Shown here piece by piece: positions 24,371 to 64,000 of a DNA stretch of 64,000 nt (position 1 is the stretch's first letter; every line of letters starts with the position of its first letter). The stretch spans positions 320,071 through 384,070 of the forward strand of contig NIVC01000146.1 of assembly GCA_002269645.1 (NCBI GenBank). Direction: 5' to 3'. Position numbers and translations under genes: made by a program. The DNA comes from Macrostomum lignano. Lineage: Eukaryota. The notes under the pieces are model-generated. The model did not search any database. It was not told the origin of the DNA and saw only the letters and a list, made by a program, of their open reading frames with translations.

Positions 24371-24984
24371 ATGTACATTGGCCAATAGAATACAAGTTTT
24401 AGGATATAAAATCGATGCATAGTTAATTTGATCGCTTTTTAGTTTATAAAAACGAGGCTGAGGCTCACCAGCCGCTGCCGGGACCCAGCCAGACCCAATC
24501 TACTTGTCGGCTGATCTGAGGCTCCAGTTCAAACTGGGGGTAAGAGGTGAATTTTGATTACCATGGTCGGACCAAACGAAGCTTTGGTATATTTTTTGCC
24601 AACAAGTCAGCGCTGAGCAGCTGCTCAATCAGTGCGGATTGATTGGCTGAGGTTGGTGCTCATGCTCACAACAGACGCAGGGCCAGGGGTGATTGGCAGC
24701 TCGCGGCGTCTGGAAGGGAGCCTCACGTGATCCGGGAGAACAAAACATGCTCAGAGTGCCTGCACATGCAGTCTGAAGAGCTGAAGAGCCGCGACAAATT
24801 ACGATCAGGAGTTTGCCCAGTTGACCTAGAAGAGACAATTACTTCGACAAAAAGAATTACATCGAGTCGTACTTTCTAGCGACGCAGTACACGCTGTAAG
24901 TGGGTTGTAAAATTCAGTTCTGAAGTCCAAAAAACAGCATTTCAATAAGATCATCAATAATGTTCACTCATGTACTAATGACTA

Positions 24985-25225
24985 GTCATTGAACTCACTA
25001 ATCCTCAACTCGAACTCACTAATCCTCAATTCGAACTCACTAATCCTCAATTCGAACTCACTAATCCTCAATTCGAACTCACTAATCCTCAACTCGAACT
25101 CACTAATCCTCAATTCGAACTCACTAATCCTCAATTCAAACTCACAAATCCTCAATTCGAACTCACTAATCCTCAACTCGAACTCACTAATCCTCAATTC
25201 GAACTCACAAATTCTCAATTCGAAC
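24985..25225 (+). repeat. 21-bp minisatellite TCGAACTCACTAATCCTCAAT
   Basis: Direct inspection. Confidence 0.95.
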
Positions 25226-25299
25226 TTACGAACATTTCGAAGGCAAAAACTCAGATAACCTCGTTCACTTTATTATGAAGTAGAATAAGTAGAATCTTC

Positions 25300-26400
25300 A
25301 GCTTGCGACACATGCCTCTAAGACACTTTGAGTTTGAGACACATGACTCTGAGACACTTTGAGCTTGAGACACATGACTCTGAGACACTTTGAACTTGAG
25401 ACACATGACTATAAGACACTTTGAGCTTGAGACAAATGACTCTAAGACATTTTGAGCTTGAGACACATGACTCTAAGAAACTTTGAGCTTAAGACCCATG
25501 ACTCTAAGACATTTTGAGCTTGAGACACATGACTCTAAGACACTTTGAGCTTGAGACAAATGACTCTAATACACTTTGAGCTTGAGACACATGACTCTAA
25601 GACACCTTGAGCTTGAGACAAATGACTCTAAGACACTTTGAACTTGAGACACATTACTCTAAGACATTTTGAACTTGAGACACATGACTCTGAGACACTT
25701 TGAGCTTGAAACACATGACTCTAAGACATTTTGAACTTGAGACACATGACTCTGAGACACTTTGAGCTTGAGACACATGACTCTAAGACACTTTGAGCTT
25801 GAGACACATGACTCTAAGACACTTTGAGCTTGAGACACATGACTCTAAGACACTTTGAGCTTGAGACACATGACTATAAGACACTTTGAGCTTGAGACAA
25901 ATGACTATAAGACACTTTGAACTTGAGAAACATGACTCTAAGACATTTTGAACTTGAGACACATGACTCTGAGACACTTTGAACTTGAGACACATGACTC
26001 TAAGACATTTTGAACTTGAGACACATGACTCTGAGACACTTTGAGCTTGAGACACATGACTCTGAGACACTTTGAACTTGAGACACATGACTCTGAGACA
26101 CTTTGAGCTTGAGACACATGACTCTGAGACACATGACTCTGAGACACATGACTCTAAGACACTTTGAGCTTGAGACACATGACTCTAAGACACTTTGAGC
26201 TTGAGACACATGACTCTAAGACATTTTGAACTTGAGACACATGACTCTAAGACACTTTGAGCTTGGGACACATGACTCTAAGACACTTTAAGCTTGAGAC
26301 ACATGATTCTAAGACATTTTGAACTTGAGACACATGACTCTAAGACACTTTGAGCTTGAAACACATGATTCTGAGACATTTTGAACTTGAGACACATGAC
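25300..26400 (+). repeat. 31-bp minisatellite GAGACACATGACTCTAAGACACTTTGAGCTT
   Basis: Direct inspection. Confidence 0.96.
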
Positions 26401-26518
26401 TCGCAAAATTTGAAACCCTTGACCCGTGTCTCCGTGGCTCTATGAACGCATATAACTGACTCAGACGACCCGATATTTGCACCGACACCGCCGCCGCCAC
26501 CGCCCATCAGCGCCGAGC

Positions 26519-26932
26519 ATGGGCGCCGTGGACGGCATGACCCTGCAGGAGGTGACGCTGATGATGCAGCCCTTCGATCACTGGACGGAGCGGCGGCTTG
26601 GCAGCAACGAAGCGGAGGAGAGCAGCGGCCAGGCGGGCGGGCCTCCGAGGGCAGAAGCGCACCGCAGCAGCTGGAGGCGTCAGGCCGGACCCGTAGCCGC
26701 CGAGGACAATCGCCACGAAGGCGGACTGTGCAGTCCGACAGCGATCAAGGTCCTGTGCTCGAGTCTCGCGATCCTATCCGCCCTCGGACTGCTGCTGTAC
26801 CTCATCATGCGGGCCGCCATCGATGAGGAAGAGGAGCGGGAGGCCCTGCGGAAGGCGGTAGCTGCTGCCTGTTCTGCCGGCAGGAACGCCAGCAGTTGCG
26901 CAGCGGCGACGACTGCGGCTGCGACACTTTAG
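26519..26932 (+). CDS. Putative orphan single-pass membrane protein (about 137 aa)
   Basis: GC-rich, non-repetitive ORF between two minisatellites with codon style like the real exons here. Hydrophobic segment IKVLCSSLAILSALGLLLYLIM followed by DEEEEREALRK and an N-A-S sequon. No family recognised. Confidence 0.45.
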   Translation: MGAVDGMTLQEVTLMMQPFDHWTERRLGSNEAEESSGQAGGPPRAEAHRSSWRRQAGPVAAEDNRHEGGLCSPTAIKVLCSSLAILSALGLLLYLIMRAAIDEEEEREALRKAVAAACSAGRNASSCAAATTAAATL

Positions 26933-27039
26933 GGAGTCACCGTCAGTGCAGTCTCAGAGCTGTGCAGGTTCTCTGAGTAGCTTTGCTTCGATTTGCCAGC
27001 TGCACAATAAGTTGTGAGCACTCACGCCTCCCAATCCCT

Positions 27040-27690
27040 GTCTGCATTCATACCCACCTCTCCCAGTCCCTGTCTGCATCCATACCCACCTCTCCCAGTC
27101 CCTGTCTGCATCCATACCCACCTCTCCCAGTCCCTGTCTGCATCCATACCCACCTCTCCCAGTCCCTGTTTGCATCCATACCCACCTCTCCCAGTCCCTG
27201 TCTGCATCCATACCCACCTCTCCCAGTCCCTGTCTGCATCCATACCCACCTCTCCCAGTCCCTGTCTGCATCCATACCCACCTCTCCCAGTCCCTGTTTG
27301 CATCCATACCCACCTCTCCCAGTCCCTGTCTGCATCCATACCCACCTCTCCCAGTCCCTGTCTGCATCCATACCCACCTCTCCCAGTCCCTGTCTGCATC
27401 CATACCCACCTCTCCCAGTCCCTGTTTGCATCCATACCCACCTCTCCCAGTCCCTGTCTGCATCCATACCCACCTCTCCCAGTCCCTGTTTGCATCCATA
27501 CCCACCTCTCCCAGTCCCTGTCTGCATCCATACCCACCTCTCCCAGTCCATGTCTGCATCCATACCCACCTCTCCCAGTCCCTGTCTGCATCCATACCCA
27601 CCTCTCCCAGTCCCTGTCTGCATCCATACCCACCTCTCCCAGTCTCTGTCTGAATCCATACCCACCTCTCCCAGTCCCTGCCTGCATCTG
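27040..27690 (+). repeat. 32-bp minisatellite CCCACCTCTCCCAGTCCCTGTCTGCATCCATA
   Basis: Direct inspection. Confidence 0.97.
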
Positions 27691-27767
27691 GGGCTGCATG
27701 ATTCTGCCCTTTAATCCGCTCTGAATCTCTTTTCACCACATTTGAACTGCTTTTTCTGCTTTTTTAA

Positions 27768-28403
27768 CATCGCGTGGAACAAAAGTCATGTTGTTTAGGC
27801 CGTAAGTCATCTAAAAATAAATATTTTTCAATGAAATCTTATGCTCAAAGAAGCATTACCATAGCTGCCGAAAATCAAGCAAATCAACTTCGACGTGTCC
27901 ATAGTGCGTGCAAAAAGCTGTGGAAGCGAAATTGGAAGAATGGATCCGGACCCGACGCGCTTTCAATTTTATGCAGCAACTCGTCATGCCAGAAACTCGG
28001 AGATTCAGGCACTGGAGTTCATCAAGACCTGCATGGTTGCCGCTTGGGGTGATTGTGTTCCATCTCTCCGGACTGTATCAGATACAGCACCGATGGATGA
28101 AGGACGTCAAGGACGCCAAGGTGCTCAAGAACACATGAGCTGAACCCAGAACGCGCTCCGTGGCGCGACCTTCAACAGTTGTCAAGAAGTTGTAGATGCC
28201 GGATTGCAGATGTTGCGAGGGAGGCCTCTCTTAAAGTGCCCTCAGAGACCACAGGTCACCCTGCTGGTGGACCACTGCCAGCGTGTCTTGAAGCGAATGG
28301 ACATTACATGTATGTTACTGGCTAGAGTTATCAAACGTTTTTAAAATTTTACCAAATTCTTCAACTGGCGGCACTAACAACAGGACTGTTGTTCCACCCG
28401 AAG
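27768..28403 (+). mobile_element. Internally deleted, degenerate Tc1/mariner element
   Basis: Imperfect TIRs of about 35 bp (catcgcgtggaacaaaagtcatgttg / reverse complement cttcgggtggaacaacagtcctgttg), TA at the right end. Decayed transposase C-terminus: VPSLRTVSDTAPMD (compare PHPPYSPDLAPSD), LRGATFNSCQEVVDA, LVDHCQRV..EANGHY. Confidence 0.7.
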
Positions 28404-28564
28404 TATAGAATATTTTATATTTTTAGAAATTATACCCAAGCGGCGTCGCCATGGATTTTATGGTCGGGGGACAAAGGCAAGAATTTTACATGTACATGTA
28501 CATAACTAAGTTCCTACATGTACGAGTACATTACTGATCGTATTTTGACAATCGGTGTTGTCAG

Positions 28565-28940
28565 CGCTCATTTTAGCGCCGCAGACAATCATTTTAGCGC
28601 CATGGGCAATCATTTTAGCGCCGCAGGCAATCATTTTAGCGCCATAGGCAATCATTTTAGCGCCATAGGCAATCATTTTAGCGCCATAGGCAATCATTTT
28701 AGCGCCATAGGCAATCATTTTAGCGCCATAGGCAATCATTTTAGCGCCGCAGGCAATCATTTTAGCGCCATAGGCAATCATTTTAGCGCCATAGGCAATG
28801 ATTTTAGCGCCGCAGGCAATCATTTTAGCGCCATAGACAATCATTTTAGCGCCATAGACAATCATTTTAGCGCCATAGACAATCATTTTAGCGCGATAGG
28901 CAATCATTTTAGCGCCGCAGGCAATCATTTTGGTGCCGCA
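28565..28940 (+). repeat. 21-bp minisatellite AATCATTTTAGCGCCATAGGC
   Basis: Direct inspection. Confidence 0.95.
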
Positions 28941-31069
28941 GGTGCTATATACGATTTTGGAGCCTTGAAACAAATTATTGATTTCCATAACTGGCTACAA
29001 GGTGGGGTAGGGGTGACAAAGCATTGGCATGTCCCTCATAGCTTTTACTGCAGGAGACATGTCCCCCAGCAGTCCCCCCGATGGCGACGCTGTACTGAAA
29101 AGAGTGACCTTTTACAATTCTACAAGGCGCGTACGAACTTAATTGTGTATGATTGTAAAATTAATTCTGTAACAATTCAAATCAAACTAATAACCAGGTT
29201 GACTAATGAAACAGTCTGATGTTACTAAAAACATTGAAACTCTTTCACATCTCGAACGCTCGAAGTCCGGAATTTTTCATGATCCTTAATAGTATTTTTG
29301 TGCATTAACACATGTACCAATCGAGAGCAAGTTCGACTATTACATCATTTGATCTTAAAATAAAATACAGAAAGCAGAACAGTAAGAGTTTAACACAGAG
29401 TACTCACTGTGTTGCTGGAAAGCAACTTTTAATATGCATTCTCTTATTTACTATATATAATGAATTGTATAATTTCTTTGTAACCAACATAGATGCGACA
29501 ATATAAAGCGCGTTAACCAAAGCACAGATTAACAAAAACAAAATCAACCCATGGGTTGCCCAGTATCATTAAATGGGTTGATTCGCTTAAATTTTAATGT
29601 AAGATTGCACAGATAAATCATTTTGCGCGAAGGATTCTCAAGGGATTCTAAGGTGCTATAGACGTGCTTTTCGAATAAGCAAGACGAAAATTGCCTCAGA
29701 TTATGCTTCAGGTACGTAGCAGGCAGAAGAAAAGCCGACTTTCTGCTACAGCAAAACTTTTTGCTGATCCAAAAAAATGGACAATGATGGGAATGAAAAT
29801 GTAAAGATAACAATGTCCTGAATGTTAAGTAGCGCTTTTAAAAGTAAATTATAAATACTATGCAATGCAGTATCGCGTGTAACAATATGGAGATAGACAG
29901 ACAAGCCGGAACCAAATCTGGACAATGCTTACTTAATCAACAGAAAACGAACGTTATGTCGGCGAACAAGTAATTATGCCATTTTATTAATAAAACAAGT
30001 ATACAGAATTTTTATTGTTAGCTGTATTTTTTAACTTACTATGACTATTTTAGAATTATATTAAAATATTAAAAAGACAATGATTGAAAACAAAACGCTA
30101 AAGATTAACAAAATAATTAGGTTTAACCTTCACACGTGTAAATTGAAAAATCTATTTTTTATAATCTATTTATGTAACCCAGACAGTTATAAACAAAGTT
30201 ATTCGTTATGCATAAATCGTCAGTCTTGACTTTATTAAAAACTTTTTTTTGATGGTTTATGGTGTCGAAATAGTCTAATTTCGTTGTAATACTATACCGT
30301 TGATAATATTTGTTGTTTTAATGAACGAAAAAATATACATTAAAAACAAGTCTTTATGACAACTTTTGACACAAAAATTAAAAATAATGGCGCAACTACG
30401 AAAATTCTATTACGTCAGATAAAAGCGATCTATTATTCATTTACGTCACAGAAACTCTGTCGCGACACAAACCATTGTGACTTGCCCAAAAAATAGTCGA
30501 AATTAGTCGAACATATTCGTTTTCACAGAAAACTGAAACTAGTGAAAAAATAGACAGCAGAAGCAACAACAATATTTAGGTGTTTTTCAGCAAACCATGA
30601 GTAACTAAAAATTATAATTCAGTTCCACCTGTGCACGACTAGAGGTAAAACAAAATATAAAAGTAAACAATAAACAATGATTACATGTGACAACAGCACG
30701 AAAATAAAAATGAAAATAACACACCACAGACACATCGGGCAAGAGAATAGAAAACAAAAGCAGACTTAATATATGCATTCATATAAAGCATCTTAGGCTA
30801 TTTCAGTAACTAAAAGCTAAACAATATGTGGAAAGTTTTTTGTCGTAAAATACACAAATTAGTTTGCATCAGAGCAGAAAATTAAAATTGGCGGAATGGA
30901 TTGCGTTTCCAGGAATTGTAAACATCTACCTTTGCCGAGTGTGTATTTAAAGTGCGGCATATTCTTTAGATAAGTTCTGACGCACGTCTTAGCATAGGTA
31001 TGGCGCTCCACTATTATTTCTGCTAAGGATATAAGAGACATCCTTTTATAATATTTGATAGATTTGTAA

Positions 31070-31780
31070 GGCCGGGTAGTTCTCTGAGTAGGTCTAGCAC
31101 TTCTCTTAGTAAGTCTAGCACTTCTTTGAGTTTTGGTGTCTAGCACTGGGGTCTAGCACTCTGGCACTCTAGCACTCTAGCACTGGGGTCTAGCACTCTG
31201 GCACTCTAGCACTGGGGTCTAGCACTTTGAGGTCTAGCAATTCTCTGAGTAGGTCTAGCACATCTCTGAGTAGGTCTAGCACTTCTCTGAGTAAGTCTAG
31301 CACTTCTTTGAGTTTTGGTGTCTAGCACTGGGGTCTAGCACTCTGGCACTCTAGCACTCTAGCACTGGGGTCTAGCACTTTGAGGTCTAGCAATTCTCTG
31401 AGTAGGTCTAGCACATCTCTGAGTAGGTCTAGCACTTCTCTGAGTAAGTCTAGCACTTCTCTGAGTAGGTCTAGCACTTCTCTGAGTAGGTCTAGCACTT
31501 CTCTGAGTAGGTCTAGCACTTCTCTGAGTAGGTCTAGCACTTCTCTGAGTAGGTCTAGCACTTCTCTGAGTAGGTCTAGCACATCTCTGATTACGTCTAA
31601 AACTTCTCTTAGTAGGTCTAGCAACGGAATGGGCGACGCTCGCCTCCCCGCTGCGTCTTCGGACTGCCCTGCAGTTAAGAGTATAAGGTCTAGCACTTCT
31701 CTGAGTAGATCTAGCACTTCTCTGAGTAAGTCTAGCACTTCTCTGAGTAGATCTAGCACATCTCTGGGTAGGTCTGAGAG
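31070..31780 (+). repeat. 21-bp minisatellite GGTCTAGCACTTCTCTGAGTA (interrupted)
   Basis: Direct inspection. Confidence 0.92.
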
Positions 31781-31893
31781 CGCTCTGTATTCCTGACTAA
31801 AAACGTCAACTCAACATTTAATTCACAAAACTGTGCCGCAATTCTGTCACAGGGAAAGAGGCAGGGAGAGAGAGAGAGAGGGATCGGCGCCTG

Positions 31894-58517
<26,624 letters not shown>

Positions 58518-59134
58518 CTGCAATGTGAAATTTAATTAGACTTGCGTGTCGATTGGTGAAGTGCGTCTGTCAGGACTTCAAATGAAACGACATCCATTTG
58601 AACGCAGCATTTAGCTCGTTAGGCATAGGTCACTTTATTTTTCCAAGAAATGAAAAAAACCCAATTAAACACCCGTATCTGCATGTCCCGATTTCGCACT
58701 GGGGGCCCTGAGGAAATGCTCCGCTTCTCATGCACACAGCTTCAGCAACCGATTGAGGCAGAGGCAGTCAGTCAGGCGGAATATCGTGTTAGAAATCTGA
58801 CGCCCCTAGGAGACAGACGACAGCCAGAGCGCTGAGCGGCTGATAGACAGACGAGGGCTCAGCATTATCAATGATCTGCCAACAGCAAGTGAGACGCAGA
58901 TTCCAGGGCAGCCATTTTGCTCCTGGCTTCGGCTCTACATCTCTCGATCCGTGCAGTTCTCTTCGATTTTCAAGCAAACCCCGCCTGCACTGCGACTAAG
59001 TTGCGTGTCCTGCCTGGGAAGTCATCGCTAAAAGCGGAAAGCTGCAGAAATGAATGAATGAAGAGGAGCTGCAAGTGACACACAGGGCAGGAGTCTTCTG
59101 ACTGTTGCAAATTAAGTGCGCAGATGAGCAGAAC

Positions 59135-59690
59135 CCGAGGATACAAGCAGCGCTGACTGAAGCACCTGAGGATACAGGCAGCGCTGACTGAAGCACCTGA
59201 GGATACAAGCAGCGCTGACTGAAGCACCTGAGGATACAGGCAGCGCTGACTGAAGCACCTGAGGATACAAGCAGTGCAGACTGAAGCACCTGAGGATACA
59301 AGCAGCGCTGACTGAAGCACCTGAGGATACAAGCAGTGCAGACTGAAGCACCTGAGGATACAAGCAGTGCAGACTGAAGCACCTGAGGATACAAGCAGTG
59401 CTGACTGAAGCACCTGAGGGTACAAGCAGTGCTGACTGAAGCACCTGAGGGTACAAGCAGTGCTGACTGAAGCACCTGAGGGTACAAGCAGTGCTGACTG
59501 AAGCACCTGACGATACAAGCAGTGCTGACTGAAGCACCTGAGGATACAAGGGGGCGCTGACTGAAGCACCTAAGGATACAAGCAGTGCTGACTGAAGCAC
59601 CTGAGGATACAAGCAGTGCAGACTGAAGCACCTGAGGATACAAGCGGCGCTGACTGAAGCACCTGAGGGTACAAGCAGTGCAGACTGAGC
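59135..59690 (+). repeat. 31-bp minisatellite GACTGAAGCACCTGAGGATACAAGCAGTGCT
   Basis: Direct inspection. Confidence 0.95.
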
Positions 59691-61412
59691 CTACTAAAGG
59701 AGATTTTATCCGGGCATTGTCTACCACACCAGATGCCACTCTGCTGAAGCCGAGACAAAACAAAGCCAGATAAATATTCCGCCCCGGGTTCACTCGGTGG
59801 AAACATCTCTCAATATTGGTCTGCTCAATTTATAAATAAAGCAGCCTACAGACGGTGCTACTCTCTCCGAGTTCAATAGAAGGGGCTGGAATTCGTTTTA
59901 GAATAATTGATTTAATCCAATCCAACAAAAAACGTCATTCCCCCAGTCTGTGCAGGCCCTATACTCACTCTGCCAGACCCTGGAGTAAGCCTCTTTACAG
60001 ACCGAGCTAAAAGTTCAAATTGACTCTCCGGCCTCAGGCATGCCCTGCCTTTGTCCTCTCTCCCTGCTCTTTAGCTAAGCTGCTAGTCTAAGCCGACTTG
60101 ATCGAACGCCTTTAAAACCATCCGATAGCGAGCTAATCATCTGCAGGCCTCTCAGGCAACGAACCGGTCCTGTGTCGCCCTTCACTCTCTGTCTCCCTTC
60201 TCTCTCTCACTCTCCATCTTACAGAATCTCCGGAGCGGCGCCTTTGATGCCCCCCTCAAGTAAAGTGCCGGCACCGCAACTCTGAGAGAAAGGCAGAGAA
60301 TCCAGGAGACAGGCAGAGGGCGCGGATTTCTCATTAAAAGTGCGCGCCGCTGTTCTGGGAGAGTTGAAGCCGAGAGCAACACGCGGGATGTCTTGAGCGG
60401 GTGCGCAGCGTCAAGCTTGACTCTGCCTGCCCCAGCAACTCCCCTCCGCCCGTAGCACCAGGAAGGAAAATAGAACAATAATTCTGCCTTCCGTCAATGT
60501 CAAACCACCCGATTATTCTGCCTTAGCTTTGAGATTTGCCGATGTCTGTTCGTGCCGAACCCGCTCTTCCCCTCTAGCCCACCAAAAAACCTTATTTTTC
60601 CCATTGTGTTTGCGTCCGCGGGGATCTCAGTAAAAATTTCAGTTTTTTAGAGGGGGGAAGGGGGCAGCCGCTTCTTCCAGTCACAGCTGCGCTGCTTTTC
60701 TGACTTCTGAGACAAGGAGAAGCGATCAGGGAGAGAGAAAGACAGATTTTGTTGCAGCGGTCAGCCACCAGAACGAGGGACAGTACTGATAGACACTGGA
60801 GAAGCAGAGGGCAGCAGCAGCGGGTGGCGCGGCCTACCGCCGGGGAGAGCACCGCCACCGGTCTGACCCTTCAGGCCGCTGTAGCCGGGGGTATCTGCCT
60901 GCATGGTCAGCAGCAACCAGCATTTATTAATTTCTCCCAGCGGATCGGGGGAGCACTCTGCTCCCCCCCCCTGCTGCCTCCACCGGCCCTCCTTCCCGTC
61001 ATCCCCTGCATTGCTGACAGAGGGCCGCTGAGGAGAGCGAAGGGAGCAGGGAGGGGGCAGCAGGAGGGGCCAGTCAAGGGAAGCGGCCGGACTTGCATAG
61101 CTGGGATATTTTGCATCGCGGCTCGAGCTTCTTTCTAGCCTTATCCTTTCCCCTCTGCTCACAACTTCCTCCTACCCTCTGCTTTATTTTCTTTCAACTA
61201 AGAGGAGAGGGAAAGGAAGAAGCCACAGCCCAAGAGGAGACTAGACATGGAAGAGGAGGGGACTGCGGGTGAGGGACACAAACAGGGAGGCGAAGCGATA
61301 GAGAAGAATGAGCGAAGGGGAAATTATTCACGACAGGAAGACGGGTAAGGGGGCTGAAGTCCCAAGCAACCCCATATTATTGCTCCTCTTGTTTGATTCT
61401 ATAGATTAATAA

Positions 61413-61800
<388 letters not shown>

Positions 61801-62384
61801 AGAGAATCCGCCGCTGTCGCCAGCCCGAGGTGAGAATGGGGCATCAAAGCGCTCACCCCTCGGTCCTTTCGCCAGGCCGCCCAGCAACTCATCTCCTTCC
61901 CACTCCCTCCTTTCCGAATAAATAATAAATACCCGACGCGACAAATTTTCAGCTCCCAGCCGCGCAGAGTACTTTTTCGCGGGCATTTTAGGAAGACGGG
62001 GCGCGTGAGGATTTGGAAAGCAGAGTGGGAATGGTCCCGACCCGTCGCGGGGATTCAGCCTGAATGCATGGGCCCACTTTTAGGGACAAATGGCAGACAC
62101 GGACAGCGGTGGGAGATTTGCTGCGGCGGCCGGTCTCATCCTCTATGCGCGTCTCGGATTGAACCGGACCAGTTAGTGGCTGGGCCGATGGGAGTAGCTG
62201 GGAATTAATGAGGTTGGGTGAGGGTGTGGGATATTTATCCCCCGATTTTCTCTGGCAGTGGGAAAAGCGGCGTTTGTGTTTGGAATTTTTTCAAGTCCGC
62301 TTCGGTTTCGCTAATTAGAAAGAGGCGGAAAATTGCCGGACTGAGCTTTGATTTCCTCTGACGTGCTGGGATCTATCGATTCAA

Positions 62385-63170
62385 GATCACACTCTGTCTC
62401 AAACTCGATGCAGCAACATCACACTCTGTCTCAAACTCGATGCAGCAAGATCACACCCTGTCGCAAACTCGATGCAGCAAGATCACATCCTGTCACACAA
62501 ACTCGATGCAGCAAGATCACATCCTGTCACACAAACTCGATGCAGCAAGATCACATCCTGTCACACAAACTCGATGCAGCAAGATCACATCCTGTCACAC
62601 AAACTCGATGCAGCAAGATCACATCCTGTCACACAAACTCGATGCAGCAAGATCACATCCTGTCACACAAACTCGATGCAGCAAGATCACACCCTGTCAC
62701 ACAAACTCGATGCAGCAAGATCACATCCTGTCACACAAACTCGATGCAGCAAGATCACATCCTGTCACACAAACTCGATGCAGCAAGATCACATCCTGTC
62801 ACACAAACTCGATGCAGCAAGATCACACCCTGTCACACAAACTCGATGCAGCAAGATCACATCCTGTCACACAAACTCGATGCAGCAAGATCACATCCTG
62901 TCACACAAACTCGATGCAGCAAGATCACATCCTGTCACACAAACTCGATGCAGCAAGATCACATCCTGTCACACAAACTCGATGCAGCAAGATCACATCC
63001 TGTCACACAAACTCGATGCAGCAAGATCACATCCTGTCACACAAACTCGATGCAGCAGGATCACATCCTGTCACACAAACTCGATGCAGCAAGATCACAC
63101 CCTGTCACAAACTCGATGCAGCAAGATCACATCCTGTCACACAAACTCGATGCAGCAAGATCACACTGAG
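62385..63170 (+). repeat. 34-bp minisatellite AAACTCGATGCAGCAAGATCACATCCTGTCACAC
   Basis: Direct inspection. Confidence 0.97.
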
Positions 63171-63849
63171 AAATTCAGAATATTTTTTCACTCTGTCGCT
63201 ATCGGTTACTTTTAATCCCCTTAGTCCAGAAAAAAAAACAAAAAACAATTTTTCCAGCTTGCTAAACACCGAATCGGTGCAGCTGTGCTCTAACGGTTCC
63301 ACAGTTGGCGAAATTCGAACTGGATTTTAGTATAGACGCTCAGGAGGAGACAGGGCTGCTGCATGACAATGAGCCCGGCTAGCATCAAATCTCCGGGAGC
63401 AATCGAGCGCTGAAATCAATCAACACCCCTCCTATGACTGGCCCTCTTCCCCTGCTGTCCTCGATTCGTCCATGCGAGTCAAATTTGAAATCCGCAGGGG
63501 ATTGAGGCCCTATATAGATACAACATCATCCCTATCCCCGCCTGTTCCCAAGATTTCTGTCCGTCTGTCAGCGTTCATATTATTTCTACAGTCTCTCTTG
63601 AAACGCGACTCAACCCATAAGGCGTCCATTTGGCGTCTCAGCAATGTTTGCCTGATTCTGGGACAATGTCTGCTGGGCCCATCAGGGCACCGGAAACCAT
63701 ACGAGTCCTTCATCCCCGACCGTTGCTCTGGATGCTGCTGCACCGAGCCAGCAGCTCTCCCTACCCGGCTATTTACTTGAAGAGAAACTGAAAAAGAAAA
63801 GTCGAAAAGTGCAAAGGCGCTCACAGATGCTTCTCCAGCTCCTCCCCCC

Positions 63850-63852
63850 TCT

Positions 63853-63934
<82 letters not shown>

Positions 63935-63945
63935 TCTCTCTCTGA
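63850..63945 (+). repeat. (CT)n microsatellite
   Basis: Direct inspection. Confidence 0.92.
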
Positions 63946-64000
63946 TGTCTGTCTCACAGAGCTCCCCTACTTCCTACTGCGGCCTGCGATATCCCATACC

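Noticed and set aside
23421-27739. Regularly spaced repeats that might suggest CRISPR arrays or repeat proteins
   Set aside because: Units are head-to-tail with no unique spacers, there are no cas genes, and the context is eukaryotic.

Overview
Eukaryotic (metazoan) genomic DNA with GC-rich coding exons separated by introns and intergenic spacers packed with micro- and minisatellites. The style is reminiscent of a free-living flatworm such as Macrostomum, but that is inference only. Most long ORFs in the supplied track are repeat artefacts. By manual translation and GT-AG/phase checking I can support these genes: (1) last coding exon of a misshapen/MAP4K4/TNIK kinase (+, 786-860); (2) 3-exon molybdopterin synthase catalytic subunit MOCS2B (+, 6804-8119), with no MOCS2A ORF visible upstream; (3) single-coding-exon FLYWCH zinc-finger protein (-, 10612-11862); (4) 5-exon VIP36/VIPL L-type lectin (-, 17460-21346); (5) possible orphan single-pass membrane protein (+, 26519-26932); (6) most of a tomosyn/STXBP5 gene (-, 31894 to at least 58517; 5' exons not found in the window). 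Mobile DNA includes an internally deleted mariner, two hAT-type MITEs with 8-bp TSDs and a Penelope-like RT fragment. The most interesting observations concern tomosyn. Its hypervariable region holds candidate symmetric cassette exons, including two apparently homologous micro-exons (W-x-x-[LI]-V-x-K-A in identical register), and one conserved exon carries a 2-nt frameshift.
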